Assembly (NCBI GenBank): GCA_051546255.1
Contig: CP128822.1
Span: 186,001 to 250,000 of the forward strand
Reading direction: 5' to 3'
From: Meyerozyma guilliermondii
Lineage: Eukaryota
Length of the DNA stretch: 64,000 nt
The position numbers were made by a program, and so were the translations under genes. The notes under the pieces are model-generated. The model was not told the DNA's origin and ran no database searches. It was given only the letters and a program-made list of their open reading frames with translations. This document shows, piece after piece, positions 1 through 10,793 of this stretch. Position 1 is the stretch's first letter. The number at the start of each line of letters is the position of its first letter.

Positions 1-551
1 ATGAATACAACACGGGAAGAGTCAATTCCTCCGGTGTGGAATTTTGACTGAGCCTTTTCTAAAATTGCCAATGGCTCGGCGTCCAAATTGGTGGTGTAAA
101 TTGCAACAATATTTCTGCGGTCAGCAAGAAGCGTAGCCGCCACTGCGTTCCAAAGAACTCTTTCACCACCTCCACCATTGTTGGCGTACGGGTGGAAAAA
201 ACCATAGATAATTCTTCGATTGACATCATTTGTTTCTCTTCTGGTCATGGAATCCAAGAACAGATTGCCCTCGTTCTGCTTATCTTCCGGCAAGATCTTG
301 AGTTTGTTGTTCACGTAGTTGGTGTAAAACGAAGGCTGGGCACTGGCAAGGATGAGCCGGCGACGATAACACAGTCGTTTGTTGCCAACTTTGAGATAAA
401 TCGCCATTGGATGATTCATCACTTTTTGGATTTTTTCCTTCCAGTCATGAGGTGGAACCAACAAAAATCTAGGGAGAGCTACTCCGATAGCCTGGTAGAG
501 GATGTAGGCGACCACGGCCACAAACCCTAGGAGAGTGAGAAGAAGGGACAT
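1..551 (-). CDS. ALG11: Alpha-1,2-mannosyltransferase Alg11 (N-glycan lipid-linked oligosaccharide assembly), 5' part; runs off the window start
   Basis: Not in the ORF track. Manual translation from the ATG at 551 gives MSLLLTLLGFVAVVAYILYQ...YGFFHPYANNGGGGERVLW..., i.e. an N-terminal hydrophobic anchor plus the Alg11 GFFHPY-x3-GGGGERVLW signature. Open to base 1. Confidence 0.92.
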   Translation of the reverse strand, partial: MSLLLTLLGFVAVVAYILYQAIGVALPRFLLVPPHDWKEKIQKVMNHPMAIYLKVGNKRLCYRRRLILASAQPSFYTNYVNNKLKILPEDKQNEGNLFLDSMTRRETNDVNRRIIYGFFHPYANNGGGGERVLWNAVAATLLADRRNIVAIYTTNLDAEPLAILEKAQSKFHTGGIDSSRVVF

Positions 552-726
552 GGAGAGAAGAACAAATAAGTCAATAATTCGGTCAGTGCGATAATTCGGT
601 CAAGTGCGCGATAGTTACATAAGCCATCGCGATACCGGCGATACGCCATCGATACGCCGCCATCGATACACCAGCTGTCAGGGCAATATGGCTTACCTCA
701 GCACGTCCCATTTGGTTAAATTGTCT

Positions 727-732
727 ACGCGT
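727..732. promoter_or_regulatory. MCB element (ACGCGT) in the short divergent ALG11/STB1-like promoter
   Basis: Exact ACGCGT about 100 bp upstream of the likely ATG (828) of a G1/S regulator-like gene; function is inferred. Confidence 0.4.
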
Positions 733-827
733 TCGCAAATTATTCTCCTTTTCGAATGCACAAGCTTCGAGAGAAAAACACCGGTGTTTCTCCCTCCTCT
801 GGCAATACTTCGCTGCCCACCTCAGAA

Positions 828-2033
828 ATGGACGACAACTCATCCTCTTTGGCAGGGTCTGGAGGCGGAGCGGTGGGAAAACCAAAAACCCCCTTGCGCA
901 AAGATGAGCTAGAAAGAATAGCCCAACAATTAAAAAGAAGACTTCTGAAAGCTTCCATCACCGCTAAGCAAGCCAAGACCCCAGACCGGACCGCGTCGGC
1001 CATCTCGTATGCCTCGTTGCACACGGGGGTGGCAAACGACGGGTCAGCAACCAGAACTTCTGCGACCAGCACCGCGTCGTCTGGGTCGGCAATTCGGTCC
1101 CGCCAGCACAAGTCGCCGTCAGTGAATGGTATTCTCTCGTCGTCACCCATAGACCTCTACTCGCCTTCGGGCAGGTCTCCTACCCATATGAGAACGCCGT
1201 CGGCGTTATACAACATGCGTCGCAATAATGGCAGCGATTCGTCGCTTTTGGGGTCGCCGTCGCGCGGCCGGACGGGAACGACTTCGGGAACAGTTTCGGG
1301 AACGGCTTCGGGAACCACTTCTGCAGCTACTACGGTTTCTGCTCCGGCTTCTGCTTCTGCTTCTGCTTCAGCTTCGGCCAAACAACCCCAGATGGTGCTC
1401 CAGGAGCTCGCACCGTCAACCCCCGGCAAACACCACGACGGGGCGCTGGACGCTCCCACCCTTGAGCCTTCGCCGGTGCTCAATTCCACCAGCAACCCGC
1501 AAACAACCCCGACTCTTCCCAAGAAACAGCTCGCAACTCTGTTGCTCCAGACCCCCACCCAGCCTCAGCGCACGCCCAGAAATGGCAATGGCAATTTTAA
1601 CGACACAGAGGGAGCGGATCTTCTCATGTACCTCGCCACCTCACCGTCGCCAGCACGATCCTTCACCACCAGCTCCAGCAAGTACAACGGTGGAAACCAC
1701 TCCGCCAACGGAACGTCGCACAACTTTATTGCCCCACCTCCACTCACTCCAAAACGGCCCCACGTAATCAACTCGAAAACCCCACAGCGCCTCACCCCGC
1801 TGGTGAATCTTCTCAGCACATTCAACGCAGCCGGATTGCCGTCGTCGGCACTCACACTCACGCCGGCTGGGTTTAATATGAACGATTATGTCAACTTTTT
1901 CACACCTTCTCCTGGAGCAGCGATGGCTGCAAAACCAGTGCCTAGAACCCCTGATGTCTCTGCCAAACAAGTTGACGGCAAAATGATCAATTTCGATCGC
2001 GTGGGATTGTTCAATGGCGAAAACAAGGACTAA
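828..2033 (+). CDS. Stb1/Whi5-family G1/S transcriptional regulator (disordered, many SP/TP sites)
   Basis: [12 protein letters not shown] (CTG read as Ser) resembles the Whi5/Nrm1 GTB motif. [15 protein letters not shown] and [12 protein letters not shown] resemble Stb1-type motifs. Start could alternatively be 756. Confidence 0.65.
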   Translation: MDDNSSSLAGSGGGAVGKPKTPLRKDELERIAQQLKRRLLKASITAKQAKTPDRTASAISYASLHTGVANDGSATRTSATSTASSGSAIRSRQHKSPSVNGILSSSPIDLYSPSGRSPTHMRTPSALYNMRRNNGSDSSLLGSPSRGRTGTTSGTVSGTASGTTSAATTVSAPASASASASASAKQPQMVLQELAPSTPGKHHDGALDAPTLEPSPVLNSTSNPQTTPTLPKKQLATLLLQTPTQPQRTPRNGNGNFNDTEGADLLMYLATSPSPARSFTTSSSKYNGGNHSANGTSHNFIAPPPLTPKRPHVINSKTPQRLTPLVNLLSTFNAAGLPSSALTLTPAGFNMNDYVNFFTPSPGAAMAAKPVPRTPDVSAKQVDGKMINFDRVGLFNGENKD

Positions 2034-2130
2034 TTCAGAAACCGTATCAATTCTACATACTCTACATACTAATCAGAAAGCCCCTGGTGCACGGGTGTAT
2101 CGGGTTTTCCGATTTTCTCATCATCCAAAG

Positions 2131-3393
2131 ATGAGAAGCAACATGAGTCAAGACAAAGAGGCAAATGAAATTGCTGTGAACACTACGGAAACAGTGGTGT
2201 CGACGCCAACTGATGTTACCACTGCGGAGACAAAAACCGACGGAAGTCCAGAAACCAATGCCGCACCAGCAGCAGCCAAAAAGAAGAAGAACAAGAAAAA
2301 GAAAAAGATTACCAGCATTGACCTGCTGTATCCGGATGGGGTTTTTCCCGAGGGAGAATGGCAGGAGTATCCATTGGAAATTAACAGTTATCGTACCAGT
2401 TCCGAGGAATTGCGATATCTCGACAACCAGCGCAATAACCACTGGCAGGATTTCCGTAAAGGAGCCGAGATTCATCGTCGGGTGCGCCACAAGGCCCAGC
2501 TGAGTATTCGTCCTGGTATGACCATGACGGAAATTGCCGATTTGATTGAAAATTCGGTGCGTAGCTATGCCGCTGCCGATCACACTTTGAAAGCCGGAAT
2601 TGGATTTCCCACTGGACTTTCACTTAACGAGATTGCAGCTCATTATACCCCGAATGCTGGCGATAAGTTGGTATTGGGAAAGGACGATGTGATGAAGGTG
2701 GATATCGGTGTGCATGTCAATGGACACATAGTCGACTCTGCATTTACCATGACATTTGACGACGACCACAAGTACGATAACCTCCTTAAAGCAGTCAAGG
2801 AAGCCACCAATACGGGAGTGCGCGAGGCAGGAATTGACGTTCGTCTTAACGATATTGGAGCAGCGGTGCAAGAGGTGATGGAACTGTATGAGATGGAGAT
2901 TGGCGGCAAGACTTACCCAATCAAGTGCATTCGCAATTTGAACGGCCACAATATCGGAGACTATGTGATTCATCTGGGCAAAACCGTACCCATTGTTGCC
3001 AATGGAGACATGACAAAAATGGAGGAGGGTGAGACGTTCGCTATAGAGACGTTTGGTTCGACCGGAAATGGGTACGTGATACCTACGGGCGAATGTTCGC
3101 ATTATGCACTTTCTGAAGAGTACAAACAGGCCCGGGTTGGAACCGACAGGGCCAAGCAATTGTTGAAGACAATTGAGAGTAACTTTGGTACTTTACCATG
3201 GTGCAGACGGTATTTGGATCGCGTAGGCGAAGAAAAGTATTTGCTTGCGCTCAACCAATTAGTACGTGCTGGAGCTGTTCAAGATTATCCACCCATCACC
3301 GACAGGGCCGGAAGTTATACCGCCCAATTCGAGCACACAATCTTGCTCCATCCACACAAGAAAGAGGTTGTGCTGCGCGGCGATGACTACTGA
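2131..3393 (+). CDS. MAP2: Methionine aminopeptidase 2
   Basis: Poly-Lys N-terminus; [38 protein letters not shown] and [10 protein letters not shown]-terminal SRGDDY. Likely ATG 2131 or 2143, since the ORF-track start at 2014 overlaps the upstream gene. Confidence 0.96.
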   Translation: MRSNMSQDKEANEIAVNTTETVVSTPTDVTTAETKTDGSPETNAAPAAAKKKKNKKKKKITSIDLLYPDGVFPEGEWQEYPLEINSYRTSSEELRYLDNQRNNHWQDFRKGAEIHRRVRHKAQLSIRPGMTMTEIADLIENSVRSYAAADHTLKAGIGFPTGLSLNEIAAHYTPNAGDKLVLGKDDVMKVDIGVHVNGHIVDSAFTMTFDDDHKYDNLLKAVKEATNTGVREAGIDVRLNDIGAAVQEVMELYEMEIGGKTYPIKCIRNLNGHNIGDYVIHLGKTVPIVANGDMTKMEEGETFAIETFGSTGNGYVIPTGECSHYALSEEYKQARVGTDRAKQLLKTIESNFGTLPWCRRYLDRVGEEKYLLALNQLVRAGAVQDYPPITDRAGSYTAQFEHTILLHPHKKEVVLRGDDY

Positions 3394-4038
3394 GACAGAT
3401 GAAGTAAAAGTTGAAGTGAAAAGCGAAGTGAAAAATGAGTGAAAATGAAGTGGTAATGTGGTATAACAGCCTTGTACCCTTTGTTTCAGTGCTGGTTATG
3501 GTGATACTTAAACATTATGGTAAAGTACTTGGTTTAGTGTATGATGCACTGTACTTCTGAGTCAATGCCACTGATTCATAGCCAGTATATAATCTCAATT
3601 CATGTTCCATTCATATCCATACCTCTTGTCCTCGCCTCTTGTCCTTTCCCTCTTTGTATCTCGTCTCTTTCCTTTGTCTGCTACCCCCCAATCTCCATCA
3701 CTTGCATTATCACCGTTGCCTTCCCGTTTAGGAAGTTGTCAAGTAGCTCACTCGCGACCCTTTATGCGCGCCACAACCGATCCTACCCTGAGTTCCGGTC
3801 TCCCTCAAATTTGTGCCTCAATCAAGCAAGTGCTCATGCGGCTGGCTGCACGTCGCCTTAGATGTATCCGCGGGGCCTCCACTTATTTCCCCTTTGGCCC
3901 CCACCCCAGATTTTCCAACCCCCATCATCGCTGTCTTCATGTGACAACCCCGCCCCACCAGGTCGTGCGCTTTTGCGATTCGCTGTGATTTCACTAATTA
4001 CTATATATTAGTGCGAACATAATTTCAACCGGGTCAAA

Positions 4039-5425
4039 ATGGAAGTGCAACCTAGTGTGTTGGAGTTTAAAGGTAAGTGTTTTGCGCAAAAAGTTGATAT
4101 CGCTACGATGCTGTGATACCATTGTAATCACCAAATATGTGGTTTTTGATGGATTATTTCGAATTTTGGGAGCGGTAATTTTTCACAAAGGGAGCAATGC
4201 AATGGTGCGGTGGCAGATAAAAAATGGTTTAAAATACATTAAACGTTGTAGGGGAACCACCAAAACCCCCCTTAGAGCCTTTAATGTACACCATTGACCC
4301 CTAGATTGTCGAAACAACACTTTATTATCGATATCGATTTCCCCGCAGTTCTTGTGAGAATTTCATGTTGCTGTCATACTAACCACAGGCTCATTTACCA
4401 AGCCCACCACCGAGTATCTCACGCTTTCCAACCCTACTTCGCAACCCTTGGCATTTAAGGTCAAGACCACTGCGCCAAAAATTTACTGTGTCAGACCAAA
4501 TGCCAGTATTTTGGAGCCTGGTGCTTCGCTGAAAGTGTCGATTATTCTTCAAGGATTCTCGCAACCATTGCCTGAGGACTACAAATGTAAGGACAAGTTT
4601 TTGTTGGTGTCTGTGCCTTGTCCTGGGTTGTCGGACCCACTGAAGGTGGGAGACAGCTGGAGCTCATTGGAGAGCAAGAACAAGCTGCAACTCGTATCCA
4701 AAAAATTGAGAGTGTCGTATGTCATTGGAAAGGACCAAAACATTGATTCTGAGCCTGCTGCCACCGTGCACAAGCCGGTTACCCAGGGAGGTGAAACCAA
4801 TGGCCACGAGCGTGGTTCCGGTGCCGGTTCCGGTTCCGGTTCCGATGCCAATGGACATGGAAGTGGAATTACCGGTGGAATTGCTGCTGGAGCTGCTGGA
4901 GCTGCTGCTGCCGTGGGGTACAAAGGTCATGGAGAAAACGATCAAAACCACGGAGGCTACAACCAGAACCAGGGCTACAACCAAAACCAAGGTCAAGGCT
5001 ACCAAAATCAAAACCAAAACCAAGGCTACAACCAAGGCTACAATCAAGGTCACAACCAAAACCAAGGTCAAGGCTACAATCAGGGCCCCAACCAAGGCTA
5101 TAACCAAGGCCAACAAGGAGGCTACCAAAACCAAGGTTACGGTGGAAACTATGGCAAGGTTGAAGGGTACCCCAGTGCTGCGGAATCGGCCAGCGGGATG
5201 TATGCTGCATCGAGATTGGACAAGTCGCAACCACAGAGCGATTTGCAAAGGGAATTGGAGGCGTCGAACGCCCGGATTGCCAAATTGGCAGACAAATTGG
5301 ACGCTTTAGAAGGCGGAAGTTCGCGGTCGAAGCAGTTTCTGGTGGATGCCGTTCAAGGTGTTTCGCTTCCTGTGGCGATTCTTTTGGTGATCATTGCGTT
5401 CCTCATTGGATGGTTGCTCTTCTAG
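4039..5425 (+). CDS. SCS2: VAP-family ER membrane protein Scs2 (MSP domain, C-terminal TM); exon 1 4039-4072, exon 2 4389-5425
   Basis: Spliced product [49 protein letters not shown] contains the VAP signature [16 protein letters not shown]; C-terminal TM LPVAILLVIIAFLIGWLLF. Confidence 0.93.
4073..4388 (+). other. Spliceosomal intron of SCS2 (316 nt)
   Basis: GTAAGT donor at 4073, TACTAAC branch point at 4377-4383, CAG acceptor at 4386-4388; splicing restores the reading frame. Confidence 0.92.
4937..5155 (+). repeat. Coding imperfect tandem repeat (NQGY/NQNQGQGY) in SCS2
   Basis: Repeated aaccaaggctac-like units encoding NQGYNQ... Confidence 0.85.
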
Positions 5426-5572
5426 GTGTTATTTATTGCACTATATATAACGAATGATATTCGAGTACTATTTGCAGCCGACTGCAGACTATGCAACAGA
5501 CTGCACACTGAACTGGCCTGCACACTGAACCTCACTATCGATCGCGAAAAACCAACTACAACACTCTTTATC

Positions 5573-6976
5573 ATGACCACGGCCACCATTAGGTCTGGCA
5601 CCATAAATCTTCTCAATACCATAATAGGCGCCGGCATTCTTGCCATGCCGTATGGTATAAAACAAAATGGTTTGATTTTGGGTTGTCTTTTAATAACTTG
5701 GTCGGCGTGTACAAGTGCATTTGGATTGTATCTTCAAAATAAAGTAGCCAAGTATGTTGATCAACGAGGCTCTGTTCTGTATTTCAGCTTGTCCCAGCTC
5801 ACGTATCCACATTTATCGGTGGTTTTTGACGGGGCAATTGCTATAAAATGCTTTGGAGTGGGTGTCAGTTACCTTGTGGTGATTGGCGACTTGATGCCGA
5901 AAATCATGGAAACTTTGAAAGTGGACGGCGAAAGTGTTCTTATGGCTCGAAACTTTTGGATATCTTTGTTCATGGCGGTTTTGGTGGTTCCATTATCGTA
6001 TCTCAAAAAGTTAGACTCGTTGAAGTATACTTCTGTGGTGGCTTTGTTTTCGGTAGCATACCTCATTTGCCTTGTTGTGGGTCACACTATAGCCAATGAT
6101 GTCGAGGCAACTGCCCATGTAAAGAGAGCGGTGGCCGAAGGAGTGCACTGGGGACCTCTTTCATTTCTGGGAACTTTACGGTCGTTTCCAGTTTTTGTGT
6201 TTGCTTATACATGCCATCAGAACATGTTTGCCATTATCAACGAATTGAAGGCTCACGAAACATCGGGCTCCCAAACAAGACAGTCCAATATCATCATTCG
6301 TAATGCCATTGCAACCGCTTGCACCTCATACTTGGTGGTGGGATTGTGTGGCTACATTTCGTTTGGTTCCAAAGTCACTGGAAACATCGTAGCCATGTAC
6401 CCAACAGATTCGATACTGTCACTCATTGGTCGTCTTTGTATTGTGATCATGGTGAGCCTTTCATTTCCTCTTCAATGCCATCCGTGTCGTGGATCCATCA
6501 ACCATATCATCTACTTTATCTCCAATGGTATTCATGATATAAAGAGCCAAAGTGGATACCAGCAAATTGAGGACATGGGAGAAGAAGTCAACGTAGAGGA
6601 AGTTGATGAGCTGTTCATCACCACAACTCCTATGGAAGGAGCCCATGATACAGACGGCCATGATCCCATGATTGTGCCACTTTCCAAACGCAACTTTTAC
6701 ATCATCACCACTTTCATTGTTGTTTTGGCGTATCTCGTGGCCATCACAGTGACATCTTTGGAGCATGTCTTGGCATTTGTGGGGTCGACTGGGTCGACAT
6801 CCATCTCATTCATTTTGCCTGGTCTTTTTGGGTACATGTTGATTCAGCGTACCGATGGACCTTTGGACAAATTAGAACGTTTTTGCAAATATGGGGGATT
6901 GGCACTCTCGATATGGGGAGTGGTGGTGATGGTTGTTTGCTTAGGGGCCACGATATTCTTGGGAGCAACGCACTAG
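5573..6976 (+). CDS. Vacuolar amino acid transporter, AVT5/6/7 subfamily (AAAP)
   Basis: INLLNTIIGAGILAMPY, AIAIKCFGVGVSYLVVIGDLMP, FVFAYTCHQN and GSTGSTSISFILPG; multi-TM protein; ATG at 5573. Confidence 0.92.
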   Translation: MTTATIRSGTINLLNTIIGAGILAMPYGIKQNGLILGCLLITWSACTSAFGLYLQNKVAKYVDQRGSVLYFSLSQLTYPHLSVVFDGAIAIKCFGVGVSYLVVIGDLMPKIMETLKVDGESVLMARNFWISLFMAVLVVPLSYLKKLDSLKYTSVVALFSVAYLICLVVGHTIANDVEATAHVKRAVAEGVHWGPLSFLGTLRSFPVFVFAYTCHQNMFAIINELKAHETSGSQTRQSNIIIRNAIATACTSYLVVGLCGYISFGSKVTGNIVAMYPTDSILSLIGRLCIVIMVSLSFPLQCHPCRGSINHIIYFISNGIHDIKSQSGYQQIEDMGEEVNVEEVDELFITTTPMEGAHDTDGHDPMIVPLSKRNFYIITTFIVVLAYLVAITVTSLEHVLAFVGSTGSTSISFILPGLFGYMLIQRTDGPLDKLERFCKYGGLALSIWGVVVMVVCLGATIFLGATH

Positions 6977-7101
6977 ACTGAACTACAAGGACAGTATGAA
7001 ATCTCAAAAAGCTGAAGATCACAAACACCAGAAGCATTGACCTACAAGTCGTTCACCTACAAGTCATTATCTACAATTCAATCATATCTAATCATAATCA
7101 T

Positions 7102-8145
7102 CTACAAAATCAAATCTTTCTTCTCCCATCCAGTAGGTCTTTGCACCTTCAATCCATTTTCTGGCTGAGGTTTGTCGACTTCCTCAATTTTCATAGCAAA
7201 TGGATTTCTGTCGGTCAGATCGAGGTTTGCCAATGTGTGATTCACCTCACGGTGCTTGGCTTCGTCTGCACGCACTCTCAAGATTAAATCACGGAAAGTG
7301 GAGTTTTCGTCAAGTTCTGTCCAGTATTGAATGGCCACTGGTGGAACTCTCATGTGGTCAAATTTGGGAAGTTTTTTTGTGTCGAGTTCATACACCAAAT
7401 GACTATAAGTACTCACAGCTTCTTCTTCAATATAACCCACGAATCTGTGACAGTACTTTGGGACCATCAAGTAGCACAAGAAAAACGCATTGCAAAACAC
7501 ACCTTGACCAACATAGATGATAAAACGAGTAAACCAAGAAGGTTGTCCCAACTTGATAAACGTCAATAAATGCATACGCTCGTTATAAGCTTCGTCCAAA
7601 AGCGTTTCTATCCAAGCTCTGTCTCTTTTGAGCAATCTAAGAGAATGAAGGTGACGTAAAAATGCAGCAACCATTCCTGGAACCCCGGCAATACTCTCCA
7701 AAAAAATGATTCTAGTCAACCATTTATTTTCCGTCATTTCCCATCTTGTTCCCTTGAATCCAGTTTCCAAATCGTGGTCGTTACGTGGTTTCTTGTACCC
7801 TGTAACCATATCAAAGCACCACCGGAAAAAGTTGACTCCTCGAAATGCAATTGTATCGGAAACATTACGAGGTTCTCTATGTTCATATTTCACTTCTTCA
7901 CATTCTTTGGTTCCAAATTCAGGATGAGGAAAGAGATTGTGAGTGATGAACGACTTGTCGTCATGTTTCAATATATCTGACTCATTGAGCACCTTGGTAG
8001 AAATATCTAATAAGGAAGTTGATGAGTTTGACGAGGTGGATTTTGCAGCCGTTGATATGCGCATTAAGACCGGAACTCCAACGGCAGAAGACCGGAATGT
8101 ACCATGCATGGCACTTGCAGTTCTCATTTCAGCCAATCTTATCAT
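7102..8145 (-). CDS. AOX: Mitochondrial alternative oxidase (cyanide-resistant)
   Basis: Di-iron motifs FLESIAGVPGMV, LDEAYNERMHLLTF, GYIEEEAV and RADEAKHREVNH; N-terminal presequence-like region. Confidence 0.97.
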   Translation of the reverse strand: MIRLAEMRTASAMHGTFRSSAVGVPVLMRISTAAKSTSSNSSTSLLDISTKVLNESDILKHDDKSFITHNLFPHPEFGTKECEEVKYEHREPRNVSDTIAFRGVNFFRWCFDMVTGYKKPRNDHDLETGFKGTRWEMTENKWLTRIIFLESIAGVPGMVAAFLRHLHSLRLLKRDRAWIETLLDEAYNERMHLLTFIKLGQPSWFTRFIIYVGQGVFCNAFFLCYLMVPKYCHRFVGYIEEEAVSTYSHLVYELDTKKLPKFDHMRVPPVAIQYWTELDENSTFRDLILRVRADEAKHREVNHTLANLDLTDRNPFAMKIEEVDKPQPENGLKVQRPTGWEKKDLIL

Positions 8146-8214
8146 GTTTTCTAGCTGATTTTCTCTTTAGAACTTACAGCTATATATACCTTGTAATTAC
8201 AGCAAGCCGCTCGG

Positions 8215-8227
8215 CGGATAAAAACGG
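8215..8227. promoter_or_regulatory. CGG-N7-CGG motif (alternative-oxidase induction motif-like) next to a TATATATA box (8181-8188)
   Basis: The sequence reads CGG ATAAAAA CGG, matching the spacing of the Neurospora AOD2/AOD5 site in the aod-1 promoter. Confidence 0.5.
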
Positions 8228-8579
8228 GAGTAATCACTTTCCGCGTTTCTTTCGGATACAGTCACAACACCCGGTGTACTGGGTGCGTCACCCACATTTG
8301 TGGGGGTTGCAAGTGGGGGATTTTTGTCCAGACAACTGAAATATAAAGTTGGGGCACTGGTGAGGATACACCCGGCTTCCCCGAATTTCCACGTGTTTTC
8401 TTTGCCTCGAAATTTGAGTTTTTGTCTTGAGCAAATTACCTACGGATGTGCGGCCAGATGAGCACCCACACACCAGCTCGGAAATCAACCACCGTTTGGG
8501 CTTGGTTTGCGCCCTTTTGTATGCAGGAGCTTTGTGAAAGACCTCATTCGCTAAAGCCGCGGAGAGCGGAGCTTTGTGG

Positions 8580-8817
8580 TGTTGAAACGTACACCCTTAG
8601 GACACCACTTACGTAATATAGACAACTATGGGACTTATTATTATACGTGACTCACTATAGATATGATAGAAATGATTATTGTTAAGGCGGATATACTCGC
8701 CTTTTATATGCTCACAGACCGACGACGCCTCTTGCTTGAGCCACTCCGCATTGGGACCTACTTAGCTAAGCTGTGCTTAGCTAATCAGGATCACCGCATG
8801 CAGTCCATGTCGCAACA
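8580..8817 (-). repeat. 3' LTR (238 bp)
   Basis: TGTTGAAACG...GTCGCAACA with terminal inverted TGTTG/CAACA; identical by eye to 10794-11031. Confidence 0.96.
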
Positions 8818-8826
8818 TCTCCCCTT
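8818..8826 (-). other. Polypurine tract of the LTR element
   Basis: The minus strand reads AAGGGGAGA immediately before the 3' LTR. Confidence 0.85.
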
Positions 8827-8999
8827 GATCCTGATTTAGGTTTATCTGTGGTCAGTGGGGAAAGCATCGTTGCTAGGAATTTGGGACTCAGGAGCACGGT
8901 ATGCGGTAATGACATTGTAAGCATATTAGTAAGTGATTTTGAGTCATTGTAAACGTATTAGCGAGTGGTCTTGAGTGACGCGATGTAACTTCATAGTTC

Positions 9000-9215
9000 C
9001 TTTTGGACAAAGTCACGAACATGGTAATAGCTGATATCAGTATGTCTCGAAGCTTTATGATTTGGTATCCTTTCGCAAGCAACTGCGTGAGTCATTGTCT
9101 TTGGAGAGAAGTTTCTGCATTAACAGTAAGTCTCGTTGAAATCTCATTGAAGAGTTGAGATACTTCGATCGCTTCCTTAACTGCCTCCCCTTGACTGATG
9201 CATATTGCTTCGGAT
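9000..9215 (-). pseudogene. Degenerate copia-type RNase H remnant
   Basis: Minus-strand fragments in different frames: EAVKEAI (9167-9187), KDN, and HKASRHTDISYYHVRDFVQK (9000-9059), resembling the copia consensus EAxKEAIW...DN...HxRTKHIDIRYHFVRE. Confidence 0.7.
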
Positions 9216-10782
9216 AATTCTTGCTTCTATGTGATAGGAGCGTTACCGTAGAGGACCTTGTACATGATAATGGGCAAAGAGGCAACTAGTATCAGTGTAT
9301 GTAAAAGCATTGTGATGCAATCACTTCGCAAATAGAATATGTGAGTTTATCTTATTCGGAGTCAGGGAATGACTTCAACTTCCTCCCCTTAAACTGATTA
9401 TATTCTATTGCGGCGATAAATGCAAGATCGGTCTGCTTTTCCACTTGATCAAGGGCTCTCCGAAACTGATTCATGTGTCCTGGGATTGAATATCTGTCGC
9501 TGTTCTCTAAAGCCAGTAGCTGTCCTTAGTAGTTGTAAAAAGAAAAAATTACGAGTAGTTCCTCTCATACCCTAATCCGTGATTCGTTGTACCGTCAAAT
9601 GCAGTTTCAAAACTCAGAATTTGATCAGAATTCTGGCTTACTGACTTGGGCTTTTCTGCGAATCAATACGTCTAGGAGGAGTACATCTGCTCTTATTAAG
9701 GTGAAGTTCCTCTCTGACACTAGTTCATAAACCGCTGTACCGTAAGATTTGAAGCAATACTGAGTTGGCCTATTGATTGGTAGCATTTCTGATCGTAAAT
9801 CGTTCTGATCGGGCTCCTAATTCAAGGCACATACTGATGGCTGACTTGGGTCACAAGTACGGATTACTACGTCTAGGTAGGGTACCTCTTCACATGAATT
9901 CTTATAACGGCCGTGAGTTTATTTCGTCAGTGGACGTTGACATCATCGGGCGGTTACGATTATTGTTGAAGTCGTTGACTTGGGAGACATGGATGGCGTG
10001 TCTAGGGGAATGTAATACTCCACAACTGACGAGCAAATCCTTAATTTAGTCATCTAACCAAGGTAAAATCTTCCGGCGTTTGACGCTCATGAAAGATACT
10101 GGGTATTTTATTTTACTTCCCGTCCCGCTAAAGGAAGGTTGCTGGGTACAGTATTCCATCTTCCCGACCCGCTGAAGGAAAAAATGGTTGACGTTTAGTG
10201 CTTTCATTACGTCCAAGCTAAATATGAACCCACATTTTGAGACATGCCGAAGGAGTCTAATATTCAATGAAGCTCGATTATGTCGGCACTCCAGCGTGTG
10301 TTAGACGCCTTGAGGTTGTTCATAGATGGATTGGTTCATTATGCAGATTGTAGTTGACAGAGTCGTACATCCATTCGGGAGAGCGAGTGTCGTGATAGTG
10401 CACATCTAGGATTAATGAGTAACCCCGAGCAACTATACAATCATAAACACCAGGCCCTTTTGACGACTTGTTCTGTAGTTAAAACGGTACCATCTTTCGT
10501 ACTTACTTTTTGAACGTGTGATTTCTTACCGCAGTCAGTTGACTCTTGACTTCATATTCAACCATTCTGTCCAGTTTCCTCTTTCCTTGACGTGAACATC
10601 AGCAATGTGTGCTAAAGTATTCGTAGTAGTGGGAACGCAGAATGAGTAGAACCTATGACCTCAAGGACCAATCTTGATATCGAAAATTTAAGCTCGACGT
10701 ATACTAGCTTTGATGTGACGTGGAGCTAGTTCAAGTTGAACTACATTATCATAAGTTGATATGGCCTAGGGTAACTTAAAGC

Positions 10783-10793
10783 GGCTCATAACC
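10783..10793 (-). other. Primer-binding site complementary to the anticodon stem-loop of initiator tRNA-Met (half-tRNA priming)
   Basis: GGTTATGAGCC directly follows the 5' LTR on the minus strand, the same type of PBS as yeast Ty5. Confidence 0.82.

Noticed and set aside
2014..2130. Extended N-termini in the ORF track (MAP2 2014, AVT 5426, oxidase 18516, amidase 49952, DHA2 31724, COMT 57870)
   Set aside because: Extensions overlap neighbouring genes or promoter/TATA sequence or begin at GTG/TTG; downstream ATGs fit the family N-termini.
4937..5155. CRISPR-like or non-coding repeat array
   Set aside because: Repeats are in-frame coding units without unique spacers, in a eukaryotic gene. 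The same applies to 36200-37160.
8641..8660. T7-promoter-like string TTATACGTGACTCACTATAG in the LTR, suggesting vector contamination
   Set aside because: It is not an exact T7 promoter (2-nt insertion plus a mismatch), occurs in both LTRs as part of the natural repeat, and has no other vector sequence nearby.
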